In this document: positions 40,885-51,879 of the stretch, in pieces | How positions within the stretch are numbered: the first letter of the stretch is position 1 | How the letters are laid out: every line of letters begins with the position of its first letter | Assembly (NCBI GenBank): GCA_965203275.1 | Contig: OZ241865.1 | Coordinates: forward strand, 224,001 to 288,000 | DNA: 64,000 nucleotides | Direction: 5' to 3' | Source of the DNA: Bdellovibrionales bacterium | Lineage (GTDB): Bacteria; Bdellovibrionota; Bdellovibrionia; Bdellovibrionales; JAUICD01 | The notes under the pieces: model-generated | Seen by the model: the letters and a program-made list of their open reading frames with translations, nothing else | Database searches by the model: none | Told to the model about the DNA's origin: nothing | Made by a program: the position numbers and the translations under genes

Positions 40885-41720
40885 TCCTTAACATTTCACT
40901 CAAAATGAGCTGGCCTCTGGCCACTTTTAGGTTGCCAGCAGTGATGAAGGAACTTTTTCCTTAACATGTAGTAAAAAATGAAGGCTTCCTCCTTACTAAA
41001 AATAAACGGATTTTTGAGGCATTCAGCCTTTTATCGACGGCGAGAGCCGAGAGGTGTAAGAATGAACTTTTTCCTTAACATTATGTTAAAAAATGAGGAG
41101 ATCCTCCCTACTCAAAATGAGCAGTTTTTTGTGGCATTGCTCTTTTTAGACAGCGTAAGCTGTCAGAGCAATGCCCAAAAACACACCAGAGGTGTGGCTC
41201 ATTTTGAGTGAAACAAACGGCTGGTTTATTTTTAGTGAAACAAACGCGGTCATTGTCCAAAAGTGGCCAGAGGCCAGTTCACTTTGAGTGAGCCAACTTC
41301 TCCAGGCTCCCACTGCCCTCATCCTCCCCCTAATTATTTTTTGTTTGAGTTTACGCAGAATCTAAAAGAGAATAAAAAAAAACAAAAAAAGGAAATCTTT
41401 TTCCTTAACTTTTCACTCAAAATGAACTGGCCTCTGGCCACTTTTGGGTAGCCAGCCCGACGGCTCACGCCGTCGTAAAAGGCTGGCTACCTCAAAAGCT
41501 TGTTCATTTTGAGTAGAGGAGGATCCTTTTATTCCTTTACACCATGTTAAGGAAAACAGTTTGCGAATAAAACTCTTTTTCCTTAACATGGAGTAAAAAA
41601 ATGAGGAGATCCTCCCTACTAAAAGTAAACGGACTTTTGAGGCATTGCTCTTTTTAGACAGCGTATAGCTGTCAGAGCAATGTCCAAAAGTGACCAGAGG
41701 TCAGTTTACTTTTAGTGCAA
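40885..41720. repeat. Family-A cluster with partial family-B element (~41298-41390)
   Basis: Seen directly. Confidence 0.85.
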
Positions 41721-41873
41721 AAAATCTGAAAGATTCTTGATTTGGTAAATGTACGAAATTAGATGATAATAGATTCAAGGAGGGGAAATTTTGAGGGAAA
41801 CAGTACACGTATCTCTGAAAAAGGTACGTACGGGTAGCCGAAAACACACGAAATTAGATAATGGAAGGCCCAA

Positions 41874-43097
41874 ATGGTAATGTTTGAGTATAAAGGACTT
41901 ACTAAGCAAGGCAGGAACACTCATGGTACAGTGGAAGCTGACAGTATTCGGATGGCTCAGACCAAGCTGAAGCGAGATGGTATTTTTGTTGTAGATATCA
42001 AAAGTAAAAGAAAGGCTGCAGGTAAAAAATCTTCTAAAGTTCAAAGCCGGAAGGCTTCTACAGAAGATATGTCCTTAATGACTAGACAGTTAGCTACTCT
42101 TTTAAAAGCTGACATCCCTCTTGTTGAAACCTTAGGAGCTGTGAGTGAGCAAGTAGAAAATTCTGCACTTAGAGAAGCTCTTTCAGAGATAAGAAATCAA
42201 GTGACAGAGGGTCAAGCTTTGCATAAATCTCTAAAAAAATATCCTCACTTTTTTAATAAAATTTATGTTTCTATGTGTGAAGCTGGCGAAATGTCAGGTA
42301 CATTGGATATCATTTTATTACGTTTAGCAGAATTTGCCGAAGCAGAGGATCAGCTAAATAAAAAAATCAAATCGGCCATGCTTTATCCTATTATTATGTT
42401 GGTTTTTTCACTTATTGTCTTAGTTGTGCTTTTCATTTATGTGATTCCTAAGATCACAACAATTTTTGAACAATCACCAGACCTGACACTCCCTTGGTAT
42501 TCTGAAATGGTTATCAATTTTAGTGAGTTTTTAGTCAATTATTGGCTCATTGTATTTATAGGAGCTTTTGGAGCATATTCATTATTTCATCTTTGGAAAA
42601 AAACACCTACAGGTTCTGTCACTTGGGATAAAATCTTTCTTAAAATCCCTCTTGTAGGGCATTTAGCCCGCATGATTGCTGTCAGCCGTTTCACACGGAC
42701 TCTTTCAACTCTTTTAACTGGAGGTGTTCCTATGTTGCAGTCTTTAGATATCGTTAAAAATGTAGTGAATAACTCTGTTCTAGCAGAAGCCATTGAAAAT
42801 TCTAGGGATAATATCAGTGAAGGAGAATCCATTGCAGCTCCTTTAAAAAAATCAGAACAGTTTCCTCCTATTGTGATTCACATGATCAATATTGGTGAAA
42901 AAACAGGCGATCTTGAAAATATGCTCACACAGGTTTCAGATGCCTTTGATTTTCAAGTCAAAACTAAAGTGGAGGGATTGACAAGTTTACTTGAGCCAAT
43001 TTTTATTATATTCATAGGGCTTGTCATTGCAGTGATTGTGATGTCTATTATGGTCCCTATTTTTGAGTTATCCAATGTTGGTACTGGAACACCGTAA
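41874..43097 (+). CDS. gspF: Type II secretion inner-membrane platform protein (GspF/PilC family)
   Basis: TRQLATLL, AGEMSGTL..IL.RLA, SAMLYP, IGEKTGDLE.ML, LLEP. Confidence 0.9.
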   Translation: MVMFEYKGLTKQGRNTHGTVEADSIRMAQTKLKRDGIFVVDIKSKRKAAGKKSSKVQSRKASTEDMSLMTRQLATLLKADIPLVETLGAVSEQVENSALREALSEIRNQVTEGQALHKSLKKYPHFFNKIYVSMCEAGEMSGTLDIILLRLAEFAEAEDQLNKKIKSAMLYPIIMLVFSLIVLVVLFIYVIPKITTIFEQSPDLTLPWYSEMVINFSEFLVNYWLIVFIGAFGAYSLFHLWKKTPTGSVTWDKIFLKIPLVGHLARMIAVSRFTRTLSTLLTGGVPMLQSLDIVKNVVNNSVLAEAIENSRDNISEGESIAAPLKKSEQFPPIVIHMINIGEKTGDLENMLTQVSDAFDFQVKTKVEGLTSLLEPIFIIFIGLVIAVIVMSIMVPIFELSNVGTGTP

Positions 43098-43152
43098 ATC
43101 ATAGACCATAAACCATAGGCCATAGACCATTTTAAAAACACCTGCCAGGCGA

Positions 43153-44580
43153 TTAAGGATCTCTGCAAGGTCTATTGCTATTGTAACTGCTATAAAAGAG
43201 ATAATCATTCATTTGAATATGGTGTTCTTGATGATTGTTAGCTAAAATAATATCTCCTGATGATTTAATATATCCATGTGAAGAAAACCTATCTAAAATA
43301 ATCACAATGTCAGGATCACTATTGAGTACATCAAATGAAGTACTACCTAAATGCCTTCCACACAGAACCCAAGCTTTTTTACCGATAAATCTTTTTTTGT
43401 TGGCTTCTCTGTTGGCTCCGTTTAAAGACAAAATAAAAGGATTGCTTGCAGTGATTGTTTCTAGTTTGTCTTTGTCTATACTTTTAAAGCCATGCTCTGG
43501 TACATAAGTACCAGCCATACCAGGGGATATGATTCGGTAAGGTCGATTGTGTATAAATTGCCGACAGATCTCGCCTTCTTCATGTCGATAATAGCTATAA
43601 AAAACTTGTCCGTCGAATTGATTTTCTCTACTGGCCCAGCGGTTGCCAGCGATAATGACATCTCCTGCAGTTTTGACATAACCATGAGAAGAAAAATTAG
43701 ACAAAATCATTACAAGACGAGGGTCTGTATTGATAACATCGAATGAGTCATTGGCAAAGTGTTGCCCACACAAAATCCAAGCGGGTCTGCCAATAAGTTT
43801 CTCTCTATCTTCTTCTCTGAGAGATTGTACAAAAGGACTCCTTTCGGTTAAGACCATTGTTTGATATGGTCTCATACTATTTAATATAGTATAAAAATCA
43901 TTAAATACATAAATACCTCTCTCTGAGGTAATAACACTACCCTCCTGTCCTGTTGAAAGTGTACCTGTCATCCCTATAATTTCGTTTTGCAAATGAGTTT
44001 CTAAAATATCTGGATCTAAACCAGTAACACCTGTGAGATCAGTGTTGTAGAAATAGACTGAATAATCTACCTGAACAGGAGCTTTATTGATTCGACTGAT
44101 TCGACGGTTATTGATTCTATGGATTCGATCATCATAAAATTGAGCAATTTTAGATTCTATTTCATTTTGCTTATGAAAAATAGCTCCTGTAAAATTAGTA
44201 TTATTGAGCTTGGTTTCACCAAATCCATAAAAAGAACTCCAATTGGTTCCTGGGAGATAGCTATTTTGAAATTGAGCTTCTTCCAGGTCACAGCCTTGAA
44301 AATCACTCTGAGTCAAGATAACATTTTGAAGGTTAATACCCTTTAATCGTCTGTCCTGGCATTGCACTCTTTGTAAATTAATCACAATATCTGGATATTG
44401 TGATCTCAATGCATTAAATCTAGCAACATCTCCTCTTAAAAAAAGCGTCCTTAACTCTCGAGAAATATTTCGAAAAAAATGCGGTGATACTTCTTTAAAT
44501 AATTTTTCTGTTGCATCCCAATTCATATCCCCATAAACAGGCAAACTGATGACACATAAGATACAAAATAGCTTTTTCAT
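43153..44580 (-). CDS. Exported protein with pentapeptide repeats and a tandemly duplicated C-terminal domain (likely start MKKLF)
   Basis: LKGINLQNVILTQSDFQGCDLEEAQF; two AW.LCG.H...FSSHGY.K..GD blocks. Confidence 0.7.
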   Translation of the reverse strand: MKKLFCILCVISLPVYGDMNWDATEKLFKEVSPHFFRNISRELRTLFLRGDVARFNALRSQYPDIVINLQRVQCQDRRLKGINLQNVILTQSDFQGCDLEEAQFQNSYLPGTNWSSFYGFGETKLNNTNFTGAIFHKQNEIESKIAQFYDDRIHRINNRRISRINKAPVQVDYSVYFYNTDLTGVTGLDPDILETHLQNEIIGMTGTLSTGQEGSVITSERGIYVFNDFYTILNSMRPYQTMVLTERSPFVQSLREEDREKLIGRPAWILCGQHFANDSFDVINTDPRLVMILSNFSSHGYVKTAGDVIIAGNRWASRENQFDGQVFYSYYRHEEGEICRQFIHNRPYRIISPGMAGTYVPEHGFKSIDKDKLETITASNPFILSLNGANREANKKRFIGKKAWVLCGRHLGSTSFDVLNSDPDIVIILDRFSSHGYIKSSGDIILANNHQEHHIQMNDYLFYSSYNSNRPCRDP

Positions 44581-44815
44581 AAGAACTCCCATAAAAACTC
44601 CTGTACACTCCTTTACATAAACATAAAATACATAAAAAGTCTTTATAACAAGCCTTATAAATTCTGTCAAGTACCTTTTGTGTTATTTTTTCTTTTGATT
44701 TAAAGGGGAATATTAAAATACACAAGTGATTCTTATGGTTTATGGCTTTATTCTTTTTAAAATTCTTTTTAAAAATACTCCTCTGCCCACATCATGCCAA
44801 CTTTATTTTGCTAAG

Positions 44816-46171
44816 CTAAGTGGTTAGAGTCAGGCCTAATTCAAAAATATCACCTGCCCCTAAGGTCAACAAAATATCTCCTTCTGAGAGGGCATTTTTA
44901 ATTTCATGGGTTAGTTTTGGATTTTGTTTATTCCATAATCCCATATATTTTCTTTTACAAGTCAAAAGCATCTCTTCACAGAGCCTTAACGATGTAATAT
45001 TTTCAATAGGTTTTTCTCCTGCGGAATAAATATCAAAAATCATCAGCTCATCGACTCCTTCAAAGCAAGTTTTAAATTGTTCCCAGCATATTTGGGTTCT
45101 AGTAAATCTATGTGGCTGGAAGGCGACCACTAGACGTTTTTGGGGCCATTTTTCTTTGAATGTTTGAATTAAATATTTAATTTCTGTAGGGTGATGCCCA
45201 TAATCATCATAAATAGGAATATCTTGATAGTGTCCTTTAAATTGAAATCTTCTTTCTATGCCTACAAATTCATTGATAGCTTTGATCACATCCTTATTAT
45301 GAAGGCCACACTCAATACCTACAGCAATAGCACCGCAAGCATTTAAGGCGTTATGGTGACCAGGCAAACTTAAATGAAAGTTCCCTAGATTCTTCCCTTG
45401 AAAATAAACATCATAGCCATCAGAAACTTGTTTCATTTGGTAATCATTATGATCTTCAAAACCATACCTTCGTATTTTTTTAGGAAAATCTGCAAAAACT
45501 TTGCAGATCAAGGGATCATCTCCACACACCACAGCAAAACCATAGAAAGGTATTTTAAGAGCAAATTCTAAAAAAGTTTGTTGTAAGTGTTCAAAGTCTT
45601 GGTATTGATCTAGGTGATCATTATCTATATTGCTCACTAGAGCAATTTCAGGGGATAGTTTTAAAAAACTTCTATCACTTTCATCAGCTTCTGCAATCAA
45701 CCAATCCCCTTGACCTAACTTAGAGGTACTTTTGATTAAATTCAACCGTCCTCCGACGACAATGGTAGGGTCCTTGTGGGCTTGCAAAAAAATAGAAGCC
45801 AATAAACTTGTTGTAGTGGTTTTGCCATGACTTCCTCCCACAGCGATACCTCTTTTAAACCGCATGAGTTCAGCTAACATTTCTGCTCTTGGGATCAGTG
45901 GTATATTTTGCTTTCTAGCCCATTGCATTTCTGGATTATGGTTTGAGACACAACTAGAAAACACAACCACATCAGCTTGACCTACATGTTCTTTAGCATG
46001 TCCATAGAAAATAGGAATGCCTAATGTAGAAAGATCTTGGGTGTATGTACTCGACACAAGATCACTTCCAGTGACAGTAGCTCCCATATTGTGGAGTAGC
46101 TCAGCAAGACCGCTCATACCCACTCCGCCAATCCCTATAAAATGAAAACTTAAAGAATGAAATTCCATCAC
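44816..46171 (-). CDS. murC: UDP-N-acetylmuramate--L-alanine ligase
   Basis: HFIGIGGVGMSGLA, GSHGKTTTT, EADESD, DDYGHHPTE, FQPHR, LGAG. Confidence 0.95.
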   Translation of the reverse strand: MMEFHSLSFHFIGIGGVGMSGLAELLHNMGATVTGSDLVSSTYTQDLSTLGIPIFYGHAKEHVGQADVVVFSSCVSNHNPEMQWARKQNIPLIPRAEMLAELMRFKRGIAVGGSHGKTTTTSLLASIFLQAHKDPTIVVGGRLNLIKSTSKLGQGDWLIAEADESDRSFLKLSPEIALVSNIDNDHLDQYQDFEHLQQTFLEFALKIPFYGFAVVCGDDPLICKVFADFPKKIRRYGFEDHNDYQMKQVSDGYDVYFQGKNLGNFHLSLPGHHNALNACGAIAVGIECGLHNKDVIKAINEFVGIERRFQFKGHYQDIPIYDDYGHHPTEIKYLIQTFKEKWPQKRLVVAFQPHRFTRTQICWEQFKTCFEGVDELMIFDIYSAGEKPIENITSLRLCEEMLLTCKRKYMGLWNKQNPKLTHEIKNALSEGDILLTLGAGDIFELGLTLTT

Positions 46172-46225
46172 ATAGTACTCTGCCTTAAAAATACATTTAT
46201 TTCAAGAGGATATTCTAAATGTGAT

Positions 46226-46801
46226 TTAACGTTGATAGCATTGACGTTGGATGAAATGTTTTTGCCAATTTGAATGTAGCATCACACAACCAAAAAGTTT
46301 TGCCTCCATTCCTTTAGGGAAAGCAAATAAAACTTTTTGCGAGAAAGAAGCAGGTTTTCTAGCAGATGTAGCTTTGACTTGAATGCGGGCTATATAATCA
46401 GTAGAAAATTTTGTCTCTTGTAGTTTTTTCAAGCTCAAGAGTTTCCATCCACTGGCAAAAACCGGCACAGGTTTTTTTGCTATATCTGTAGGAGGGCCGG
46501 GCAAAACCACTTTGTATTGGGTTTTTCTTTGTAGGCATCTGGTTTTGGCAATACTTGATCTTGTTTGCCCCCACATCTCAGCTTGCATCCAATATGTAAT
46601 AAGTCTTTTAGCTATGGTTTTATTGATTCTTTTTGGACAAGCTTTATAGGCAGGTGTTTGATTAACAGGTTGATTGAGTGCTTGTGGAGTTCTGTAAATT
46701 TTATTTTTTCCCACAAACATCATCTCTTTAGCAAATGCCAATAAATCTGTAGCAGAAAACAAAATAAATAAAAATAAGGTTGTTTTTAATATTCGGTACA
46801 T
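46226..46801 (-). CDS. Exported basic hypothetical protein
   Basis: RBS AAGGAG before MYRILK; signal peptide; overlaps upstream stop. Confidence 0.6.
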   Translation of the reverse strand: MYRILKTTLFLFILFSATDLLAFAKEMMFVGKNKIYRTPQALNQPVNQTPAYKACPKRINKTIAKRLITYWMQAEMWGQTRSSIAKTRCLQRKTQYKVVLPGPPTDIAKKPVPVFASGWKLLSLKKLQETKFSTDYIARIQVKATSARKPASFSQKVLFAFPKGMEAKLFGCVMLHSNWQKHFIQRQCYQR

Positions 46802-48471
46802 AAATTCTCCTTCTCTGTTTGACATCCACCTAAACAATCTTCATTAGCTAAGCTAGGACGCTTATCCTCTTGAGTTAGGCAATTGTTTTTTTTATCTGAA
46901 CTCGCTTCTGTGTCATTTGCAGCATGCCGAATAACGTTGAAGGGTGGAGGTTTTCCCATTGCACTTATAATTTCACTTGCTGTGCGGGCTTCGGATGTAG
47001 TTGGAAAAAATCGACGAAGGCAGACAGCACTTAAATACTTTCTCATGCGTAGCCAATCAGGGTTAGGTCTCCCAGCCCACAATGCACCTGGTGTACAATC
47101 ACCTCCTGTTTGTTCACATGTCTTCCATTTGTCACTTTCTGCCTCAATACTAGGGTCTAATCTTTCGGCCAAGTGAAGATAACTCTCAAAATTCGTTTGG
47201 TCCTGATCATCCCAACAATCATCGCAGTTTTCTCCTTCAGCACAAGGAGTGTGATTAAAACCGCTATTAGCAGGATTATTCATACAAGTTTTATTATTAT
47301 GTTGATATTGAGAGACAGCACGGGTTAAGCTTTGTGCATATTGAATGTATTGATGTTCATTAAACTTCATACTGCCTGGTCCGCCACCTGTTCCAGAGGA
47401 ATGATTTGTCCTTATCTGTAATTGAGCAAAGCTAATATTTTCTTCTTTACAACCATCTACATTATTAGGGTTGGGGTTACGAAAAAATGGATCACCGGTT
47501 GCTTCCACAATCATAACATGACCAGGAGCATTACTGTTACCACTATTTAAAGTTATAATATCTCCTGACTCGATCTTGTTATTTTCTTGAGTTATGTCGA
47601 CTGTCCTTAAACAGCTACAACTTGCATGATTATCAGCTAAGTTATTATAAAATGAGCTAGGATAAGATTGTTTCAGTTCATCCTCTGTTGTCCCTTGCCC
47701 TAGGTCTTCTGATAATACGTCTCCACATTTTGCATTGTCATCGCTTCTTTGTATCATGCGGTGTCCAGCTAAAGCCATAGCTGTCGTCACATATTCAGAG
47801 CAGTTCCAACCTAAAAACATCTGATTATTATGCCCTCCTGTTTTATACTTAAAAATATCAATTTTGCCATCTGTTTGATCGTGGTAAGCATAACCTTCGC
47901 TAGCTAAAGCAAATAATGTAGGGCATCTTTTTTGCTCACCTCCAAAATTACATTGCGTGTGTTGTTGACAGACAGACTCTTGTGGTAATTTGTTATAAGG
48001 ATGACTACTCATCACGTCATTATAATTATCAACAAAAGTGCAAGCTTTGCCATCATTAGTTTGATATTCACATGGTGGTCTCGAAGGTGCTGTACGATAA
48101 CCTTTTAAAAAGATGCCATTATTAGAGTCACTACTGTATATTACATTAAACCAGTCAACTTCATCAAAAGCTTTACAGCTACCATAAGATAAAGCCATTA
48201 ATTTTCGAATATGTTGCACATTATCTGGACACTGTACTGGAGTACTGGGAGCTGTTGCTGCACCCTGCACCACCTCATTTGTTCTGCTTATAAAGTCTGT
48301 AAAAGTATCACGACACCCTTCACACATTAGATGTGTAGCTGTAGGAGAGGGCGTATAACTTTGCCCTACTTGAGGATTAAGCAATAAAATACTTACAATC
48401 CATAAACCACAAGACTGTCGAAATATGAGGCGACTTAATGAGCAGATTTTTAAATTGTTTAAAGCTTGCAT
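46786..48471 (-). CDS. Secreted Cys-rich protein with NlpC/P60-like (papain-fold) motifs
   Basis: GWNCSEYV, GDII...GHVMIV; signal-like N-terminus. Confidence 0.6.
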   Translation of the reverse strand: MQALNNLKICSLSRLIFRQSCGLWIVSILLLNPQVGQSYTPSPTATHLMCEGCRDTFTDFISRTNEVVQGAATAPSTPVQCPDNVQHIRKLMALSYGSCKAFDEVDWFNVIYSSDSNNGIFLKGYRTAPSRPPCEYQTNDGKACTFVDNYNDVMSSHPYNKLPQESVCQQHTQCNFGGEQKRCPTLFALASEGYAYHDQTDGKIDIFKYKTGGHNNQMFLGWNCSEYVTTAMALAGHRMIQRSDDNAKCGDVLSEDLGQGTTEDELKQSYPSSFYNNLADNHASCSCLRTVDITQENNKIESGDIITLNSGNSNAPGHVMIVEATGDPFFRNPNPNNVDGCKEENISFAQLQIRTNHSSGTGGGPGSMKFNEHQYIQYAQSLTRAVSQYQHNNKTCMNNPANSGFNHTPCAEGENCDDCWDDQDQTNFESYLHLAERLDPSIEAESDKWKTCEQTGGDCTPGALWAGRPNPDWLRMRKYLSAVCLRRFFPTTSEARTASEIISAMGKPPPFNVIRHAANDTEASSDKKNNCLTQEDKRPSLANEDCLGGCQTEKENLCTEY

Positions 48472-48845
48472 TTTTATACCTTTAAAAATCTTAATAATAT
48501 TTTCAATTTAAAAAGACTCTTATTTAAAAAGCTTTTTAAAAGTGCTATCTTATAAATTCTTTGTCGGCAAAAACATCAAATAAATTTACAAAATAACTCT
48601 TTTTCTTTTATCTTTTCACACAAAAGTCTAGCTATCCTATAATATGCTAACTTTGTTTCAAAATGAGACATTTATTTTTTGAAAGGCAATAACCTCTATA
48701 ACATCTCAATATTTTATAGATTTGACTGCCTCAAACTTCTTAATCTTGAAAAAAGAAAATCTATTAATTCACCCTTTTTATTACATTGCTAAAATGAGAG
48801 TTTTTTAAGACAATTCATAAAGAACTATTTTAAAAAGGTTATGCC

Positions 48846-50321
48846 ATGCCACGTATCACAAGTTTTGAAAATATAAGAGCAAATTCCCATATTCACCTAA
48901 TGGGCATCTGTGGTACAGCTATGGCTAGCTTAGCAGGCTTACTCCAACAAAAAGGTTTTCAGGTCACTGGAAGCGATCAAAATATTTATCCGCCTATGTC
49001 GACACAACTTCAAAAATTAAATATTCCTATCGTCGAACAATTACAAAACCTAAAATCACTACCAGATATCGTTATTGTGGGCAATGTTATGACACGAAAA
49101 CATGCAGAAGTGGAATTTTTACTTAACTCGCGAATTCCATACACTAGCCTACCAGAAATGATAGGTCAGTTGCTTATCGATCAGAAAAAAAGCATTGTAC
49201 CTTGTGGCACTCACGGCAAGACAACTTGTACAGCTCTTTTAAGCTGGATTCTTAAAGCTTGCGATAAAGATCCAGGCTTTTTGATTGGAGGGATTCCTCA
49301 AAACTTTGAATTTTCTTTTCATTCATCTTCTGAAGATATTTTTGTGATTGAAGGCGACGAATATGATACAGCGTTTTTTGATAAAGTCCCTAAGTTCACT
49401 CATTATAAACCTCAATATGTGATCCTGACATCCATTGAAATGGACCACATAGATATTTACCCTGATTTCAATGCAGTTAAGGTAGCCTTTCAACAACTGC
49501 TCAGAATAATCCCAACAAAAGGTCTTCTTGTAGCTAACGGGGAAGATCCTGTTGTGTGTGACATGCTTAAAATGGCACAATGCCCTTATTTTCTTTATGC
49601 TCTCTGTCGTGAAAAATCTTATAAGCCACCACATTATTGGGTAGAAAATATCCAAAAGCAAAAAGAAGGCATTAGCTTTGAGGTGCTATCTTCTGATAGC
49701 AGTAAAAATATAACCCTTGAGCTTTCTCTTTTTGGTCATCACAATATAGCAAATGCCCTCGCTGTGTATGCCCTTATTGCAGAAATGCCTTTTGCCCTTT
49801 CAAAAAAGGCTATTCAAAAAGCCTTTAAAACTTTTTTAGGTGTTAAAAGAAGGCAAGAAATTATTGGAAGAGCTGGAGGTATTGTGGTGATAGATGATTT
49901 TGCCCACCACCCCACGGCTGTTAAACAAACCATACAGTCTGTTCAAGAACATTTTAAAGGGGAGAAGGTGATTTCTATTTTTGAACCTCGATCAGCAACA
50001 TCTCGTAGGGCTATTTTCCAACAAGAGTATGTCGATGCTTTTGTAGATGCTCAGTTTGTGATCCTATCTGATGTCTATAAAAAAGACATGCTAGCTTTAG
50101 ATGAAAGACTAAATATTGAAAAACTTGTTTTAGATATTCGAAATAAACAAACAAATAGGCAGAAGGTATTTGCAACAAAAAGTATAGAAGATATTATTCG
50201 TTTAACTCGTCAAAATGTATGTAAAGGAGATGTTGTTTTAATTATGAGCAATGGAGGGTTTCAAGGGTTTCATTCAAAGCTATTATCTGCTTTAAAAAAC
50301 AAGTATTATAAACAAAATTAA
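48846..50321 (+). CDS. mpl: Murein peptide ligase
   Basis: HLMGICGTAMASLA, GSDQNIYPPMS, EGDEYDTAFFDK, DDFAHHPTA, FEPRS, MSNGGF. Confidence 0.92.
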   Translation: MPRITSFENIRANSHIHLMGICGTAMASLAGLLQQKGFQVTGSDQNIYPPMSTQLQKLNIPIVEQLQNLKSLPDIVIVGNVMTRKHAEVEFLLNSRIPYTSLPEMIGQLLIDQKKSIVPCGTHGKTTCTALLSWILKACDKDPGFLIGGIPQNFEFSFHSSSEDIFVIEGDEYDTAFFDKVPKFTHYKPQYVILTSIEMDHIDIYPDFNAVKVAFQQLLRIIPTKGLLVANGEDPVVCDMLKMAQCPYFLYALCREKSYKPPHYWVENIQKQKEGISFEVLSSDSSKNITLELSLFGHHNIANALAVYALIAEMPFALSKKAIQKAFKTFLGVKRRQEIIGRAGGIVVIDDFAHHPTAVKQTIQSVQEHFKGEKVISIFEPRSATSRRAIFQQEYVDAFVDAQFVILSDVYKKDMLALDERLNIEKLVLDIRNKQTNRQKVFATKSIEDIIRLTRQNVCKGDVVLIMSNGGFQGFHSKLLSALKNKYYKQN

Positions 50322-51000
50322 TTATTTTTTGTTTGAGATTTATGCAGAATCTAAAAAGAATAAAAAAAACAAAAAAATACAAACATTTTGTTTATCCGGG
50401 ATCTGGGAACTGAGAGATGGGAACCGGCAACCCGGGATCTGGTTTTAAAGCATTGATTGTAATGAATTTTTGCATCTAAAAAATTTCCTCCTGAGCCCTT
50501 GGCGGGTTTAAAAAGGACTTTTTCCTTAACATGGAGTAAAAAAATGAGGAGATCCTTTCTACTCAAAGTGAACAGGCTTTTGAGGCGATGACCATTTTGT
50601 CAACGGCGAAAGCCGTTGCGGTCATCGTCCAAAAGTGACCAGAGGTCAGTTCACTTTGAGTGAAACAAAGGCATGATGCATTTTGAGTGAAAATGACGGC
50701 TAGACCACTTTTAGTGAAACAAAACAAGCTGATAAATTAGGAGCTTTTTTATATAAACTGTGTAAAAATACTTAAAGTTAAAATTGATCTTTTCCGGAAT
50801 CCGGGATCCGGGATCTGGGATCCGGCAAGCGGGCAACCCGGCAACAAAAGGAACTTTTTCCTTAACATCGTGTTAAGAAACGAAGAGATCCTCTCTACTC
50901 AAAATGAGCAGTTTTTTGCGGCATTGCTCTTTTTAGACAGCGTAAGCTGTCAGAGCAATGCCCAAAAACACACCAGAGGTGTGGCTCATTTTGAGTGGAA
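50320..51000. repeat. Repeat cluster: family A copies, partial family B, heptamers
   Basis: Seen directly. Confidence 0.85.
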
Positions 51001-51792
51001 TCAAATGCTGGAACCAAAAGTGACTTGTCTTTGAGGGCAATAAGCATTCGGGTCATCTATTCTTTGAACAACAACATCCATATATACATAAAGCGAACCA
51101 TTAGGAGTGTTATGTCCTCCAGTAAAACTTGCACCTATCTGAGGATTTACAGGAGAAATACTCACTATTTCACCATAAGAGCCATAAGCTAAGAGTTCAT
51201 AATTTCCAAAATTTGCTCCTTGCAAAGTGGCCTGTCCAAATTGATTATCTGATTGAACTTGATAAGGTATATTAGGCTCTATGTAACAAGGGTCATAACC
51301 ATATCCATATCCATGTCCATAACCGCCTCTGTCATAAGCACCACCATGTCCATAGCCACCTCTGTCATAACCACGACCATAACCACTTCTGCTGTAGTAG
51401 CCAGTAGGATTGATCAAGTCACTAAAAACCACTTCACCTCTTATATCTACAGGTCCGTTTCTTCCATTTTGTCCATATCCATATCCGCTTCCATATCCAT
51501 TTCCATAGCTGTTGCCATAATTGCCATGAAGAGGCAAAAACTCTAAGCGAATTTCATGTCCATTGTTATTGTATCCGATATAAACATCACTACCAAAATA
51601 ATGACCACCAGAGTAATGACCACCACCAGCTCTATAACCAAGATGGCTAAATCGGCCTTGTTTGTTTTTCCCACAGCCAATAGGGGAAGCTACTATAATT
51701 ATTGCAAAGAGAGCTAATATCCCCCTGCGACACAAGGTACTGTTTTTAACAGATGCAATATTTTTAATGACAGATTGACTTAAGCTTTTCAT
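51001..51792 (-). CDS. Gly/Tyr-rich lipoprotein
   Basis: PIGC lipobox-like; YDRGGYGHG repeats; RBS AAGGAG. Confidence 0.7.
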   Translation of the reverse strand: MKSLSQSVIKNIASVKNSTLCRRGILALFAIIIVASPIGCGKNKQGRFSHLGYRAGGGHYSGGHYFGSDVYIGYNNNGHEIRLEFLPLHGNYGNSYGNGYGSGYGYGQNGRNGPVDIRGEVVFSDLINPTGYYSRSGYGRGYDRGGYGHGGAYDRGGYGHGYGYGYDPCYIEPNIPYQVQSDNQFGQATLQGANFGNYELLAYGSYGEIVSISPVNPQIGASFTGGHNTPNGSLYVYMDVVVQRIDDPNAYCPQRQVTFGSSI

Positions 51793-51879
51793 AACTTTTA
51801 CTCCTTAATAATATTTTTACTTAATATTCTCTTTTTATTTATTTATTGCCTTATTTATTTTTTAATCCATCTAATCCGT

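Noticed and set aside
41779..41860. Riboswitch or RPE-like element in the gspF leader
   Set aside because: Only a loose hairpin and scattered motif resemblance; core consensus elements not found.
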